Below, one piece after another: positions 62,101 to 64,000 of a DNA stretch of 64,000 nucleotides. This DNA is from Schmidtea nova. Its lineage: Eukaryota. A model generated the notes under the pieces. It had not been told where the DNA came from. It was given only the letters and a program-made list of their open reading frames with translations, and did no database searches. The stretch lies in contig CM097882.1 in the NCBI GenBank assembly GCA_044892505.1, positions 294,066,001 through 294,130,000 on the forward strand, written 5' to 3'. The position numbers were made by a program, and so were the translations under genes. Position 1 is the stretch's first letter; each line of letters opens with the position of its first letter.

Positions 62101-63754
62101 TCTCTAAGTCAATGGTTGAGAATATTCGACTTCCTCCCAGTTGATGGAGCATATCGGTTATTCTGGGTAATGAGTATCTGTCTGACTTTGTAACTACATT
62201 CAAAAGTCTGTAATCTCCACAGGGTCGAATCGATCCATCTTTCTTTCTTGCAATTACCAATGGGGATGCCCAATTGCTCTTACTTTCTCACAGAATGTCT
62301 TTTGCAATTAACTCATTAAATTCCTTGTCCAACACGTCTAAATACTTCCCGCTTAGACTTCTAGCTGATTGTGCAATCGGTGGGCATGCTGTCTCTATCT
62401 TCAATGCGTGCTCAAGAAAAATTAAGTTGATTTCGTCAGGAGCAGCTGTTGCTCTGGCTTCTGCCGTATTTTCGGCGATGTAGATCTTAGCATTTCTGCA
62501 GTCAATTACAAATTTGTGGTTAGCTAGAAAATCTGCTCCTAGAATCGGGCGGGTTACATCTGCCACCACAGACCTCCATTTAAGGTTCTGCTCTATGTCT
62601 GCCATCCTGAAATGTTGCGTCTTTGAACCATACGTTTTGATTTTGCAGTTATTGGCTGAAGCAAGTTTAATAGGTCCGTCTCTAAGATCAGGCGTAAATG
62701 CATTTGCTGGGATGACGCTGACATCAGCTCCAGAATCCACAAGGAAATTGTGTCTTTTGTTGCTCTGGAAAATTGGCACAGTAAAGATGGCTTGGAGTTT
62801 TATCGACTTCTGACTGTTGTCCGAATTTCTGTCGTCAACTTAAAAGAGATCCTTGACCTTTTCCCGAATACGATGACTTATTCCAGTGACATGGTCGCAT
62901 TTTCGGGCATCTTTTCCAAATCTTCTGTGGAAATAGCATATTGGGTTTTCTGTTGACAGCTTGTTGTATCGATTGGAATTGTTATTTGATTTTATTGCAT
63001 TGATTTTATTTTGAAGATTTTCTATTGCCTGTTGATACTGGCTTTCGGTTGGTAGTCGATTTTCCACCTGAGATACAACATGATGTTCGATACTCATATG
63101 TACATTTGCGATGTTTTCCAGCTCATCAATGTCTGCTTCCTTTTACATTAATAAGTGTTGTGTGTGAACTAGTTTGCAATTTATAAATTGAAAACTCAGG
63201 ATCTGACTTGTTTGTGGGTTTCCATTCAGTTCCATTAACTTATAATTACACTTGAGTTCCTGAGAAGTTGACTTGGTTTTCGGTCACCAAGCTTTTGTTT
63301 CTGCAGTAATTTGTTAGCAGCCTCAGTTATCAATCCTTTTGATTCCCTGATGATTGCGTCTTTTAATGTCGAATACGGCAGTTTGATGTTTGGGTCCAAA
63401 AGATCAGAGTATTCTTGAGGATTCGCGGTGGTAAACTGGTGAGCAAATGAAAATATTTTGTCTTTTCATTTTTTATCGATGCAAGCTCGAGTGCAGCGTC
63501 AACCTGCTGGAACCACGCTACCACGTTGTCGAAGAAAATCGGTATCTTCATCTGGATGTGGCTGCCTTCAGGAGACACACTTCTGATACCAATGTAGTCT
63601 TTTTCGGAGTTTGGCATAATATATAAAAAATAAGTCAATATTCGAATTTGTGATTCTTTATTTTTACCACATATTAAAACAAAGTATTTTTAATGATATA
63701 ATTATTATAAATACCAATGGTATTTATAATAATTATTTAATTGATTTGGCTACA
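59140..63754 (-). mobile_element. Near-complete Ty3/Gypsy element, CsRn1-like; 162-bp LTRs at 59140-59301 and 63593-63754
   Basis: LTRs differ at ~7/162 sites; TSD CAAAC/CGAAC; PBS TGGTATCAGAAGTG; gag WFQQV..., CYFHRRFGKDARKC knuckle; FLVDSGAD; RT AYIDDI; LCTDASD..ELLAVY; integrase HICHPG and YHPQCNSKVERFHRTLK; frameshifted. Confidence 0.93.
61225..61916. mobile_element. Solo-LTR-like insertion in the RT YIDD motif
   Basis: TGTTATGA...TCATAATA termini; (A)TCAT duplicated on both sides; flanks rejoin as AYIDDIIIFF. Confidence 0.75.
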
Positions 63755-64000
63755 CGAACTAATAAAGAAAATGTTGCAAAATGCAAGGAATATGGACATA
63801 TGGTGTATACCAATTGACAGACAAATGAAATGTTTTTTTTTAAAAAAAGGATGTACATATTTCAGTTTTTATTACCTACTTCACATACATAGGACAGGAT
63901 CATTCTGCGTGTTGAACCAAGGGTATCATACACAGTCACTTATTTCAAAATAACAAACATTTTTCTTAATTTCTTTTCTTTACAATTTTGTAAGACTTAC

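Overview
AT-rich metazoan genomic scaffold with six N-gaps. A spliced-leader-like 40-mer and ~45-bp introns suggest a planarian/triclad flatworm (inference). Most of the window is decayed and nested transposons: three Gypsy LTR elements (one near-complete and CsRn1-like), a gag-only LTR element, a Penelope-like element (PLE), a Chapaev-type CMC transposon, mariner, Tc1, pogo/Tigger, several hATs and a foldback-like element. Only two intact host-type genes are supported: POLR2K/RPB12 (3 exons, missed by the ORF track) and a two-exon 122-aa orphan. Main unexplained signals: (i) five minimal hammerhead ribozyme motifs from two PLE repeat families, one with a compensatory U3-A8 core; (ii) a spliced leader fused to non-GT sequence, consistent with a retrocopy of a trans-spliced mRNA; (iii) a ~9-kb diverged palindrome with a near-invariant 54-bp core and an unidentified coding cassette; (iv) a CCR4/Angel-like nuclease ORF between inverted termini next to a palindromic repeat array; (v) a decayed tandem ubiquitin-like ORF. 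No rRNA, tRNA or CRISPR is supported. All alignments and identities were judged by eye.
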